This document shows, piece by piece, positions 10,439-19,396 of a stretch of 64,000 bases of DNA. This DNA comes from Crocinitomicaceae bacterium. Lineage in GTDB: Bacteria; Bacteroidota; Bacteroidia; Flavobacteriales_D; Crocinitomicaceae. Position numbers and translations under genes: made by a program. The stretch spans positions 21,239-85,238 of the forward strand of contig JBLHYG010000019.1 in NCBI GenBank assembly GCA_047630755.1. Reading direction: 5' to 3'. The first letter of the stretch is position 1. Each line of letters starts with the position of its first letter. Under the pieces are notes generated by a model. It made no database searches. It saw only the letters and a program-made list of their open reading frames with translations, and was not told where the DNA came from.

Positions 10439-11557
10439 TTACTTGAGAACCTCCTTTAGTGTTCCTTTTATTTTAGAATAAGGTATCAGTACTGAAGGTG
10501 CACCTTGAGCATAAGAGCCTATTTCATAAGCGTTGTAATGGAAGTACAAACCATTTGCTTCAATGGCGAAATTGTTTGGAAGTGCGAATTCGTCGAATGT
10601 ATACCAACCTTCTTCTTCACCGCCGTGAATTGCTTCAAAAATTGGTTTTGATTTCGCCACAAGTGTATTCATGCCTTCACGTTTAATCAAGTCTTCAAAG
10701 GAAACACGTTTTCCAGTGTTGAGGTCAATGTTGATGATCGTTGTATGGCTATTTGGATGCGCAGTCTCATAATAATAAGAGTAACTGTAAATCTCAATGC
10801 TAATGAAGTTCTTATAAATAGAATTTACAATCGTATTTATTTCAACTTCGAAGCCGTCTTCGTAGTTCGTTTTTTCCAATAAACCAAACAATTCTGAATA
10901 CGTTGAAGCATCGCCTAACATATGCGCAGATTCCATTTCGATGAGGTCGTTAATTGTTTTTTCAAGGGTTGCGTCTTCACATTTCACACTGATGCTTTGT
11001 AAACTTATATTAGAACAAGTAGTGTCTGCTCCATCGATTCTTTGGCCGTTTACAGTAATTGACTGTTCTTTAGTACTGCATTTTTCTTTCGCGAGATTCG
11101 TGTTCTCAAAACTTAAAATCTTCGAGGGTTGTGCTGTCAAGTTGATTTCAAGCGTTTTCTTTGTTTTTGGGTTCGTCCATGTTCCTTTGAACGATCCATC
11201 AGAATAAAATTCCCCATTGAAAATTCCTGTTGGAGAAGGAGCTTCGGCGTATTCATTGAATGTGATTTTACTTCCTTGCTTGAGTTCGCCACTGATCGAA
11301 ATGGGAATCTTGGTTTTGTCGTAATAATATTCTCCCGAAATGTCAGAATCCATTTTAATGAACTCCATCGTTATTGGATAGTCACCAATTGTTCCTTTCA
11401 AGCGCTTGTAGTCGTTTGCAGGTAGCTCAATAACCCTAACTTCCACTTCAGCTTTTGAAGTGTTGGATTTGTCCGTGTCTTTTTTAGAAGTGTCGTCGTT
11501 GGAACAAGACACTATTAAAAGCAGTACTGAACTTAGTATTAGAATAGGGATTTTCAT
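10439..11557 (-). CDS. lipoprotein with DUF4163/DUF3298-like (RsiV/PdaC-like) architecture
   Basis: Signal peptide and lipobox (IVSCSND). The C-terminal half resembles DUF3298 (LYFHYNAYEIGSYAQGAPSVLIPYSKIKG); 372 aa. Confidence 0.6.
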   Translation of the reverse strand: MKIPILILSSVLLLIVSCSNDDTSKKDTDKSNTSKAEVEVRVIELPANDYKRLKGTIGDYPITMEFIKMDSDISGEYYYDKTKIPISISGELKQGSKITFNEYAEAPSPTGIFNGEFYSDGSFKGTWTNPKTKKTLEINLTAQPSKILSFENTNLAKEKCSTKEQSITVNGQRIDGADTTCSNISLQSISVKCEDATLEKTINDLIEMESAHMLGDASTYSELFGLLEKTNYEDGFEVEINTIVNSIYKNFISIEIYSYSYYYETAHPNSHTTIINIDLNTGKRVSFEDLIKREGMNTLVAKSKPIFEAIHGGEEEGWYTFDEFALPNNFAIEANGLYFHYNAYEIGSYAQGAPSVLIPYSKIKGTLKEVLK

Positions 11558-11577
11558 AGGTCGCTAAATTCTTGGTT

Positions 11578-11916
11578 TTATAGTTCTTCCAAAATTGATT
11601 CTCCATTTGATTGATCACCGGAAGTCCATCTCCACGATTCGTGCAATCGAATTTTTCCATTTTCCAGAATTTCAGGAGTGGAAAAACAGATGCCCGAAAC
11701 TTCTTCGCCGCGTACGTTGAGTTGTCTATAACGAAAATTAATGCAGCCGTCTTCATCCACAGCGCCGATCAAATGGCCTTCGGAGATATTCGTTCCTTCG
11801 TATTCACAAGAGAGTATTTCACCAATTTGTTGGTAATGGAAGATCATTCCTTCAGAAACGTTTCCATTGTCAGAATTGGAAACCACCTTGAATTGTTTGT
11901 CGTGATAATTCATCAT
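11578..11916 (-). CDS. hypothetical protein
   Basis: 112-aa ORF on the same strand as its neighbours with tight spacing. No family recognised. Confidence 0.5.
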   Translation of the reverse strand: MMNYHDKQFKVVSNSDNGNVSEGMIFHYQQIGEILSCEYEGTNISEGHLIGAVDEDGCINFRYRQLNVRGEEVSGICFSTPEILENGKIRLHESWRWTSGDQSNGESILEEL

Positions 11917-11952
11917 TGTTTTTTAATCCTTTCGAAGATAGTAAAAAGTACC

Positions 11953-12585
11953 TCAGATTTTTTTTGCGATGAGAATTAAATCTACTGTTACCGTGCCTTT
12001 CTCATTTTTAGTTTCGATTCGTTCCGTTTTTAAAACTTCAAATCCGCTTGACTTAAGCGCTTCTGTTAAATAGTCTGCTTGATGGTAATGCATGAAGATT
12101 TGATCGCCTGAACTTCCTTTTGTGAATCCAGACTTGGAACATTCATCTTCCATTGTGCTTACATAAAGCAATCCATTTGGATGTAAAATGGATGCCGAAT
12201 TTTGGATCAGTTGAATTGATTCTTCTTTGGATAAATAGGGGAGAAGGAAGCCGCAAATAACAGCATCGAATGATTTTTTTAATAGGAAGATCTCACGGGA
12301 ATCCATGATTTTAAATTCAGCGGAAGGATTGTTCACCTTCGCGAGTTCAATCATATTACTCGACAAATCCGTTCCAAGAATTTTAAAATCAGGCCGAAGA
12401 TTCAATAAGAACTTTGTTATATTTCCCGGACCACAAGCGAGTTCTAAAATTTCCGGATTTTCAATTGAGATGGTGTTGGAAAGAAATTGGAATGAGTTAG
12501 CATATAAATCAACGTTCATGAATTTCTCTTGATAGGCTTCAGCAAGTTTATTGAAGATCTCTACCGCATTTTTATTCTGATCCAT
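11953..12585 (-). CDS. class I SAM-dependent methyltransferase
   Basis: Motif I reads LELACGPGNITKFL; 210 aa. Confidence 0.8.
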   Translation of the reverse strand: MDQNKNAVEIFNKLAEAYQEKFMNVDLYANSFQFLSNTISIENPEILELACGPGNITKFLLNLRPDFKILGTDLSSNMIELAKVNNPSAEFKIMDSREIFLLKKSFDAVICGFLLPYLSKEESIQLIQNSASILHPNGLLYVSTMEDECSKSGFTKGSSGDQIFMHYHQADYLTEALKSSGFEVLKTERIETKNEKGTVTVDLILIAKKI

Positions 12586-12599
12586 CGATGAGCTAAAAG

Positions 12600-13049
12600 T
12601 TATTCGTTGTCGCGCATTTTTTCTATGAGCTCGGGAGGCAACTCAACAGGTGAATTGGATTCGCTAGGGATGTCGTTTATAGGAAGAACTTCAGGGACCA
12701 AATCGATAGCTCCAATGCTATCCAATTCTTCTGGTGTAACTGACGGGCGTTCATTCCCGGCAATTACTCTTTCCATTATAAAATTGACAGCGATTTCGGC
12801 TTTTTCTTTTGTCTCGAACCCTTTTATTCCTTGAACCGCAGGAATATGTTTTTGATTCAAGATTATTTTTGTGCCTCTAAATACTTGATAGCACCAACCC
12901 ACATCTTGAAGGTAATAGACCTTTGAAGAATATTTTGGGGTGCTGGACTGCTCCGAATTTCTCTCAAGTTTCACATCTAGGTCATCTGTGTTTTCAGTGC
13001 CACAAGAGGCCATGAGAACTGCGATAAAGATTAAATATGCGTATTTCAT
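12600..13049 (-). CDS. DUF4907-like lipoprotein
   Basis: Signal peptide and lipobox (LMASCGTEN). 149 aa. Central GWCYQVFRGTKIILNQKHIPAVQGIKGFETKEKAE is typical of the small lipoprotein family found beside Kelch/mutarotase genes in Bacteroidota. This is the last gene of the minus-strand cluster. Confidence 0.6.
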   Translation of the reverse strand: MKYAYLIFIAVLMASCGTENTDDLDVKLERNSEQSSTPKYSSKVYYLQDVGWCYQVFRGTKIILNQKHIPAVQGIKGFETKEKAEIAVNFIMERVIAGNERPSVTPEELDSIGAIDLVPEVLPINDIPSESNSPVELPPELIEKMRDNE

Positions 13050-14254
13050 TATTGAAATATAACCTTTTCTACATGGACGACTTGCCCTGCGTTGTTCGTT
13101 AATTGAACAAAATAATTTCCTGTTGGAAGGTTTACTCTGTTCACTTTAAATCCTGAATTGTTTTTTGCAATTGACAATGCGCTTGTTGCATTTTTCCCGT
13201 CAAGTGTGATCAATTGTAATTCAACTTCTTTCAAATCGGTCTGAACCGTAAAGCTTGTGACAACTGGATTCGGGAATATTTTCGTGTTTGAAGTGTTCGC
13301 TAATTCTTCCGCTCCTAAGATTCGACGGTAAGCATACATATCATCTCTAAATTCGCCGTCGTAACCTGTTCCTACAAAACCTAAATCTTGTTGAATAAAG
13401 GAGACCGCATTTGATCTTCCTGTTCCGGGAAAATCGGCTCTCTGAGTCCAGCTGTCTCCAAAGAAATTGTATTCCCATAAATCGTTGGTATAGTTGAAAC
13501 CAACATCTTCACCCAAGCAAATAAACCCAGTTGGAAACTGCCCCCATGATGCAGCACCTTTTCTCGCTGTTCCTGGGAAGTCTGCTTTTTGAGTCCACAT
13601 GTCTGTTGTTGGCTCGTATTGCCAAAAGTCGTTGACCATCACACCTTCATCACCAGTTCCAACGTAGCCTTGTCCGCCCATACTAAATGCTGCAGCTTCT
13701 TTTCGAGCTGTTCCGCCAAAGTCTGCAACTTGTGTCCACATGTTTGTTGTTGCATCGTATCGGTACATGTCTTTTTGAAGGCCATTTGCGTCAATTCCAG
13801 TTCCAACATACGCCTTTTCGTTTAAAACAAATGCAATAGCTTGTCGTCTTGCTGATCCAATAAAATTTGATTTTTGAGTCCATGCGTCGGTATCTTCATC
13901 AAATTCCCACAGGTCATTAAAGAAGGGGTTGGTATCGCCTTGCCCTAAGCAAAGGTATCCTTTGTTTTCGATGCTGAAAGAACAAGCGTTTCCTCTGTCA
14001 AGTCCATCTCCAGACAATCCACCAATAGAAGGTTCGTCATCCCAATCGTCTTGCCAAAATGTGTAAGAAAACATTGACCTTCTAAACCCTCCTTCGTCAA
14101 GTCCGCCCATGATGTATCCTTCGCCATTAACGACGAAAGCAGAAGCTACCGAACGAGGGGCTCCATTAACAGAATCTTTCTGAACCCATTGATCTTGGGA
14201 AAAAGCGTGTCCACTAATTAATGTTGCGGCAAGTAGTATTAGATTGAATTTCAT
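13049..14254 (-). CDS. Kelch-like beta-propeller protein with T9SS type A C-terminal sorting domain (paralog 1)
   Basis: Signal peptide present. About six repeats of the form D(L/M)W(E/Q)YxPxxDxWTQKADFPGTARxxAxxF. The C-terminus reads IFPNPVVTSFTVQT...GNYFVQLTNNAGQVV. Confidence 0.8.
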   Translation of the reverse strand: MKFNLILLAATLISGHAFSQDQWVQKDSVNGAPRSVASAFVVNGEGYIMGGLDEGGFRRSMFSYTFWQDDWDDEPSIGGLSGDGLDRGNACSFSIENKGYLCLGQGDTNPFFNDLWEFDEDTDAWTQKSNFIGSARRQAIAFVLNEKAYVGTGIDANGLQKDMYRYDATTNMWTQVADFGGTARKEAAAFSMGGQGYVGTGDEGVMVNDFWQYEPTTDMWTQKADFPGTARKGAASWGQFPTGFICLGEDVGFNYTNDLWEYNFFGDSWTQRADFPGTGRSNAVSFIQQDLGFVGTGYDGEFRDDMYAYRRILGAEELANTSNTKIFPNPVVTSFTVQTDLKEVELQLITLDGKNATSALSIAKNNSGFKVNRVNLPTGNYFVQLTNNAGQVVHVEKVIFQ

Positions 14255-14256
14255 AC

Positions 14257-15462
14257 TTATTGAATAATAATTTTTTGGCTTCCTATTGTTGATCCATTGC
14301 TCTGACCTGTCAAGTAATATACTCCAGCAGATAGGCCGTTTACGTTTAATGTTTTCGTGTATGCTTCAGAAAGAACAACTTGGCCGTACATATTTGTGAG
14401 GGTCAACTCTTCAACAGGTACAGATGAATTAACGTTGATCACATCTGTAGTTGGATTTGGATAAATTGAAATCGCATTGTCCAATTCATTCACTCCAACT
14501 GTGTAATACGGATTGTATTCGTGCATGCTCGCTTTTTTACCAGAAATACCTTTTCCAGTTCCAACATACGCCCTGTTGTTAATGACCATTGCGATAGCTC
14601 CTTTTCGTGCACTTCCACCGTAAGAAGCTCTGACATTCCAACTGTTCGATCCTTCATTGTATTCCCATAAATCCCCAAGAGATCCGCCGTTGGTCCCCAT
14701 ACAAACGAACCCTCTCGATCCGATTGAAAATGTTGTAGCATTTGCTCTTTCGCTAGAAGGAAGATTTGCTCTCTCAACCCATTGATCCAAACTCGGTTTG
14801 TATTCCCACCAATCTTTTCGGTATAAATCTTGATCCGTACCCAATCCAGCGTATCCTTTTCCGTTAAGAGTGAAGCTGCTTAGTTGGTACCTAACACCTC
14901 CTGGGAAATTTGTTTTCTGTGTCCACAAATCATTTGTCGAATCGTATTCCCACGTTTGATTGGAGTAATTGTTAGGTCCTAATTTACCGCCCACCAAATA
15001 CGCTTTGTCTCCTACTGAGAATGCAGTTGTAAAGTACATGCCAGCGCCTCCAAATCCAGGGAAATTTGCTTTCGCTATCCAAGAATTAAGTGTTGGATCG
15101 TACTCCCATAAATCGGCAAGTTTTATAGCGCCAACTTCTGTTGCTGTTACCGTGTTAATTCCCGTTCCAATGTATCCTTTGTCATTGATAGAGAATGCGA
15201 TTGCATTTCTTCTAACAGATCCTGGAAGGCTTGCGACTTGGCTCCATGTATCTAATGCGGCATCGTATTTCCAAAGATCATTGTAAACAACTTCAGCTGT
15301 ATCAATTCCTGTTCCGATATATCCATAATCGCCAATGCTAAAAGCTACTGCTCTTTCTCGTTTGAGCCCAGAGAAATCTGACATCTTGGTCCAGGTATTT
15401 TCAATTTGCCCGAAACTTGTTCCGATTATACCAATAAATAATGCGAGTAGTATTTTTTTCAT
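14257..15462 (-). CDS. Kelch-like beta-propeller protein with T9SS type A C-terminal sorting domain (paralog 2)
   Basis: The ORF track gives 14257..15510. The start is moved to MKKILLALFIGIIGTSFGQ. Blade motifs are the same (NDLWKYDAALDTWSQVASLPGSVRRNAIAFSINDKGYIGTG). The C-terminus reads ISIYPNPTTDVINVNS...GVYYLTGQSNGSTIGSQKIIIQ. Confidence 0.8.
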   Translation of the reverse strand: MKKILLALFIGIIGTSFGQIENTWTKMSDFSGLKRERAVAFSIGDYGYIGTGIDTAEVVYNDLWKYDAALDTWSQVASLPGSVRRNAIAFSINDKGYIGTGINTVTATEVGAIKLADLWEYDPTLNSWIAKANFPGFGGAGMYFTTAFSVGDKAYLVGGKLGPNNYSNQTWEYDSTNDLWTQKTNFPGGVRYQLSSFTLNGKGYAGLGTDQDLYRKDWWEYKPSLDQWVERANLPSSERANATTFSIGSRGFVCMGTNGGSLGDLWEYNEGSNSWNVRASYGGSARKGAIAMVINNRAYVGTGKGISGKKASMHEYNPYYTVGVNELDNAISIYPNPTTDVINVNSSVPVEELTLTNMYGQVVLSEAYTKTLNVNGLSAGVYYLTGQSNGSTIGSQKIIIQ

Positions 15463-15466
15463 ACTG

Positions 15467-16621
15467 TTAATTAAAAATGAATTTATTCGAGTGTACAAGC
15501 GCTCCATCAACTTTTACATGATAGATGTATGTTCCACTTTCATTGTTTCCTTTGTCAAAGCGAATTTCTCCGTTTTGAGATTCTTCTGTGAATATTTTTC
15601 TTCCCATCATGTCAAACACGTCGATCGAATAGGAATTCAAATTGTTTGATTTGAAATTAATGTGATCATTTGAAGGATTCGGGAAGGTAGAGAATTCAGT
15701 AATGTCGAATTTCTCATCCAAAGACGCATAAGGATTGAATTCGTAGAAGTCATTGAAGTTTGTGCCGTTTGTTCCAATTCCAATAAATGCTCTTTCTCCA
15801 ATATTGAATCCACTTGCAAACCGTCTTGATGTTCCCGGGAAGTCACCGGCAAAATTCCAAATATTTAAGCTTGGGTCGTATTCCCAAACTTCACTTGTTA
15901 CATCTGAAAGTCCGAATGCACCATAACCTGCTACAATGTATCCTTTACCATCATGCGTTAAAGCAACGGATGCTGATCTCGCCAAACCTGGGAAAGCAGC
16001 TCGAGGTGTCCAGGAATCAATTGAGGCTTTGTACTCATAAAGCGACGTTCCATTTTTCATGTACCCTTTACCATTTAAAACAAACGCAGAGTTCCATGCC
16101 CATGTTGAGAAGGGCGCTGGGCTTTTCGTTGACCATGTTTCCGAAACGGAATCAAATTCATAAACGTCACTTCCAGAAACATAATAACCTTTATCTCCAA
16201 TCGCGAATGCTGCTCTGTTTCCAGGGACGATTGGACACATGACAACGGGAGTCCATAAATTCAGCGCTGGATCATATTTATAAAGCATTTGATCTCCTAA
16301 TGTACCTCCGGCTAAATAACCAAACTTTCCTATGGTCATTTTTATTGTACCGTAATTTCCATTTCCATTATTTCCAATATAATCTGCTTTTTGAGACCAC
16401 GAATTTGTTGCAGGATCGTATTCCCACCAGTCTGACATTACGATATTGGGTCCTGCTCCATTGTAGTGTCCTAATCCAAAGTATCCTTTGTTGCCAATAG
16501 ATAATCCAGTTCCTCTGTGTCTTCCATGAGAACCAAAATCAGCTCTTTTTTCCCACCAAGCCGATGCGTCAAAAGACATTAGGGCAGCGGCAAAAACAAG
16601 TATGTATATTCCTTTAACCAT
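15467..16621 (-). CDS. Kelch-like beta-propeller protein with T9SS type A C-terminal sorting domain (paralog 3)
   Basis: Signal peptide present. GLGHYNGAGPNIVMSDWWEYDPATNSWSQKADY repeats. The C-terminus reads FSTFPNPSNDHINFKS...GTYIYHVKVDGALVHSNKFIFN. Confidence 0.8.
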   Translation of the reverse strand: MVKGIYILVFAAALMSFDASAWWEKRADFGSHGRHRGTGLSIGNKGYFGLGHYNGAGPNIVMSDWWEYDPATNSWSQKADYIGNNGNGNYGTIKMTIGKFGYLAGGTLGDQMLYKYDPALNLWTPVVMCPIVPGNRAAFAIGDKGYYVSGSDVYEFDSVSETWSTKSPAPFSTWAWNSAFVLNGKGYMKNGTSLYEYKASIDSWTPRAAFPGLARSASVALTHDGKGYIVAGYGAFGLSDVTSEVWEYDPSLNIWNFAGDFPGTSRRFASGFNIGERAFIGIGTNGTNFNDFYEFNPYASLDEKFDITEFSTFPNPSNDHINFKSNNLNSYSIDVFDMMGRKIFTEESQNGEIRFDKGNNESGTYIYHVKVDGALVHSNKFIFN

Positions 16622-17838
16622 TAGTTTATAATTACGTGACCATTTTTAACAATACGATCTTCGTATTGAATTGAGTAGATATAACTTCCAGACTTAAGAG
16701 CAGTAACGTTAATGCTGTTAAGGTCGGCTTTCAAAGCTTCAGCATAAACAATTTGTCCAGTGAGGGAGGTCAATGAAAGTGTCATTTTTTCCATTGGAAC
16801 CTCTTCTGCCCAATCGACGTCGATGTTTAGAACATCCGTACTAGGATTTGGAAAAGCATTTACGGATATATTGTTTAAGTTTTTCTCTAACAGTGCCAAT
16901 GAATAATCGAATTTCCAGAAATCTTTAAAGTTGGTTCCGTTCGTTCCTAGTCCAACATAAGCCACTCCGTTCAGCGCCGCAGCGGAAAGGTACCTTCTTG
17001 CTGTTCCGTCGAAATCGTCAATTCGAGTCCAAGTGTCAGTTGTAGGATCAAGTTCCCACATGTCCTTAAAGTTTGTTCCACTTGAAATATCAACTCCTGT
17101 TAAAACGTATCCTTTTCCTCCTAATGAAAATGCTGAAGCTTCCATTCGAGTAATTAATCCTTCTAAAGGATCATCTCCAACATCTTGAATTTGTGTCCAT
17201 GAGTTCAGTGCTGGATTGTATTTGTAGAAGTCAGCAGAAGACCAACTTCCAGTTTCTCCTGTTCCTGCGTAGCCGTAACCTCCAATTGAGAAGGCAACAC
17301 CTGACATTCGCGCTCCACCGGGTAAAGTCGCAATTTGAATCCACGAGTCTGTTACCGGAGTATATCTGTAAAAGTCAGCAGAGCCCGTTCCTGTTCCAAC
17401 GTATCCATAACCGTTCACAGTAAAAGCACTTGCTCCACGTCTTCCCACACCCGGGAAGTCAGCAATTTGCGTCCATGTGTTTGTCGCTGGATTGTATTTG
17501 AAAAAATCTTGAACCAATTGCGTTGATGGAACCCTTCCTGTTCCTACATAGCCAATGTTGTCGATAGCAAATCCTGCCGCATGGTAACACAGACCGCCGC
17601 CGTAATTTGCCTTTTGCGACCAAGAAGAACTTGCAGGATCGAATTCCCACCAATCTTCAAAAAGAACATTGGTCCCCGCTCCATTGTAATGACCAAGTCC
17701 GGCATAAATTTTATTTCCAAGAGTAAGCATGGTTGTTCTGTGCCTTGCAGTTCCGCCGAAATCAGTTTGCTGAATCCAGCCTGCGGCCGATGCGGAAGAA
17801 GCTATGAAAACGATTAGTAATGCGTAAAATAATTTCAT
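16621..17838 (-). CDS. Kelch-like beta-propeller protein with T9SS type A C-terminal sorting domain (paralog 4)
   Basis: Signal peptide present. GLGHYNGAGTNVLFEDWWEFDPASSSWSQKANY is very similar to paralog 3. The C-terminus reads VNAFPNPSTDVLNIDVD...GSYIYSIQYEDRIVKNGHVIIN. Confidence 0.8.
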   Translation of the reverse strand: MKLFYALLIVFIASSASAAGWIQQTDFGGTARHRTTMLTLGNKIYAGLGHYNGAGTNVLFEDWWEFDPASSSWSQKANYGGGLCYHAAGFAIDNIGYVGTGRVPSTQLVQDFFKYNPATNTWTQIADFPGVGRRGASAFTVNGYGYVGTGTGSADFYRYTPVTDSWIQIATLPGGARMSGVAFSIGGYGYAGTGETGSWSSADFYKYNPALNSWTQIQDVGDDPLEGLITRMEASAFSLGGKGYVLTGVDISSGTNFKDMWELDPTTDTWTRIDDFDGTARRYLSAAALNGVAYVGLGTNGTNFKDFWKFDYSLALLEKNLNNISVNAFPNPSTDVLNIDVDWAEEVPMEKMTLSLTSLTGQIVYAEALKADLNSINVTALKSGSYIYSIQYEDRIVKNGHVIIN

Positions 17839-18974
17839 TATTCAATGATTAATTTTTTATCGTAAACCTGCGTGTCGCTTTGCAGACGAACAATATAGAA
17901 TCCTGGAGACAGCGTCGAAATTTCAATATTTTGGTTGATCTCTATAGAATGATCAAGGACCACTTTGCCTTCAGTGTTTAAGATTGAAACATTGCCCGAA
18001 TAATTTCCTCCGAGCTGAAAAGAAGTATGCGCCGGATTCGGAAAGATCGCAAATGGATCATTCGCCAATTCAGTTGTTCCAAGAACCCCTTCGTTAATTG
18101 TCAGTGTGTATGCGCCCATTTCAGTTCCCCAACCTTCAACAACAATGTACAGTGAATCGTGCCCAGCTGTTGCAAAATTAATTTCGGATGAGGTTCCACA
18201 ACTTGCGTAATCATCATTCAGTGCCAATGTGATTCCCCATTTATCTTGAACAGATAGGTACGTATCAAAAGATGAACCACACAATGAAGCGTTTATCGAT
18301 GTTAATGTTCCTGGTGTGATTAGGTAATAAACATCAGGTGAATTGTATGCTGGGTTTTGATTGCTATAGCAAAATGAATTGTCATAAGATTCTGAATATG
18401 GAATTGAAGTTACGATACGTGGATCAGAAGAATCGTCGCCAATATAACTTGAACAATCAATACCATTTTCAATTTCAATTATGAAATCGGTAACTGATCC
18501 CCACGTAAACCCTATACATGGATCCAACGGTAGAGATTGACTTTCCGCTTGCATTACTCTCATTTTCGTTTGACCAGACAATGCGCCAGCAGGAATACTA
18601 ACTACATAGTTAGCAGGAGCCATAGGTGGCGATCCTTGCCAAGTAATGACTTCTTCCGAAGGTTCAAATAAATTATTTGCATTAAAGTCAATCCAGACCG
18701 TTGCAACGCTTCCAAAATTCCCTCCACACGTTCCAAATTGTATAGTCATAACGTATGCCGAACCAGCATTTACTGTAGTTGTTTCGACCAAGTATTCTTC
18801 AACGCCTAAAACGCCTGGGCAACCAACATAGTTGATTCCGCCTGAAGTGCCTGTAAATTGTAAGCCTTGTAATTGGGAGTCGTTTGCACTAGACGGGCCA
18901 CCTGTCATGCAATATTGGCTTTGGGCCATTAAACTTATTGAAACGATAAGCGTAGTTAGTAGTATTTTAATCAT
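17838..18974 (-). CDS. secreted GEVED-like plus pre-peptidase C-terminal (PPC)-like domain protein with T9SS type A C-terminal sorting domain
   Basis: Signal peptide present. N-terminal QYCMTGGPSSANDSQ...GSVTDFIIEIENG is GEVED-like. SLCGSSFDTYLSVQDKWGITLALNDDYASCGTSSEINFATAGHDSLYIVVEGWGTEMGAYTLTIN is PPC-like. The C-terminus reads FAIFPNPAHTSFQL...GFYIVRLQSDTQVYDKKLIIE. Confidence 0.72.
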   Translation of the reverse strand: MIKILLTTLIVSISLMAQSQYCMTGGPSSANDSQLQGLQFTGTSGGINYVGCPGVLGVEEYLVETTTVNAGSAYVMTIQFGTCGGNFGSVATVWIDFNANNLFEPSEEVITWQGSPPMAPANYVVSIPAGALSGQTKMRVMQAESQSLPLDPCIGFTWGSVTDFIIEIENGIDCSSYIGDDSSDPRIVTSIPYSESYDNSFCYSNQNPAYNSPDVYYLITPGTLTSINASLCGSSFDTYLSVQDKWGITLALNDDYASCGTSSEINFATAGHDSLYIVVEGWGTEMGAYTLTINEGVLGTTELANDPFAIFPNPAHTSFQLGGNYSGNVSILNTEGKVVLDHSIEINQNIEISTLSPGFYIVRLQSDTQVYDKKLIIE

Positions 18975-19171
18975 GCGCGTTTAGGTCGAAGTTAACAATT
19001 TGTTAATATAGGAATAATAATTTATTTATATGTCTGAGAGACGACCTTTTGACAGATAAAGTTGGCTTCCTGGAAGAAATAAATAATAGGTCGTTAATAA
19101 CTTTTGAAAACATGATAAAAAACGAACGGAAATTCCTTGCAACTTTGTAGACCAACTATAAAATTACAATC

Positions 19172-19342
19172 ATGCAAGCAGAACTTACTTTAGAAGACCA
19201 AATTCAAGATTTAAAAAGCCAATTAACAGGCGATATGTTTCAAGATATGGATCTAAAAGATAAGATTCACAATCTGGAAATGCAGGCGAAGGGTGTTAAA
19301 CCAACAGATAGTCACTTTGACTGTGTAGGATGTGGATCTTAG
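19172..19342 (+). CDS. small hypothetical protein, 56 aa, predicted helical with C-terminal CxxC (DCVGCGS)
   Basis: ATG..TAG ORF, MQAELTLEDQIQDLKSQLTGDMFQDMDLKDKIHNLEMQAKGVKPTDSHFDCVGCGS. It lies in an otherwise gene-free 420-bp gap and is followed directly by a plus-strand hairpin and T-run. It is absent from the ORF track because it is under 60 aa. Confidence 0.4.
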   Translation: MQAELTLEDQIQDLKSQLTGDMFQDMDLKDKIHNLEMQAKGVKPTDSHFDCVGCGS

Positions 19343-19364
19343 TTTAAACAGGAGGTTTGAACAG

Positions 19365-19392
19365 CGGGTGATCGAAAGGTTGCCCTTTTTTA
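19365..19392 (+). terminator. rho-independent terminator (GAAA tetraloop hairpin GGGTGATC-GAAA-GGTTGCCC plus TTTTTT)
   Basis: The hairpin includes G-U wobble pairs and is followed by a T6 run. There is no A-run on the upstream side, so it reads as plus-strand specific. Confidence 0.45.
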
Positions 19393-19396
19393 TGCG

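Noticed and set aside
15637-17817. Multiple short ORFs on the plus strand
   Set aside because: They are antisense to the Kelch-paralog genes. They have no signal features and are not conserved between paralogs.
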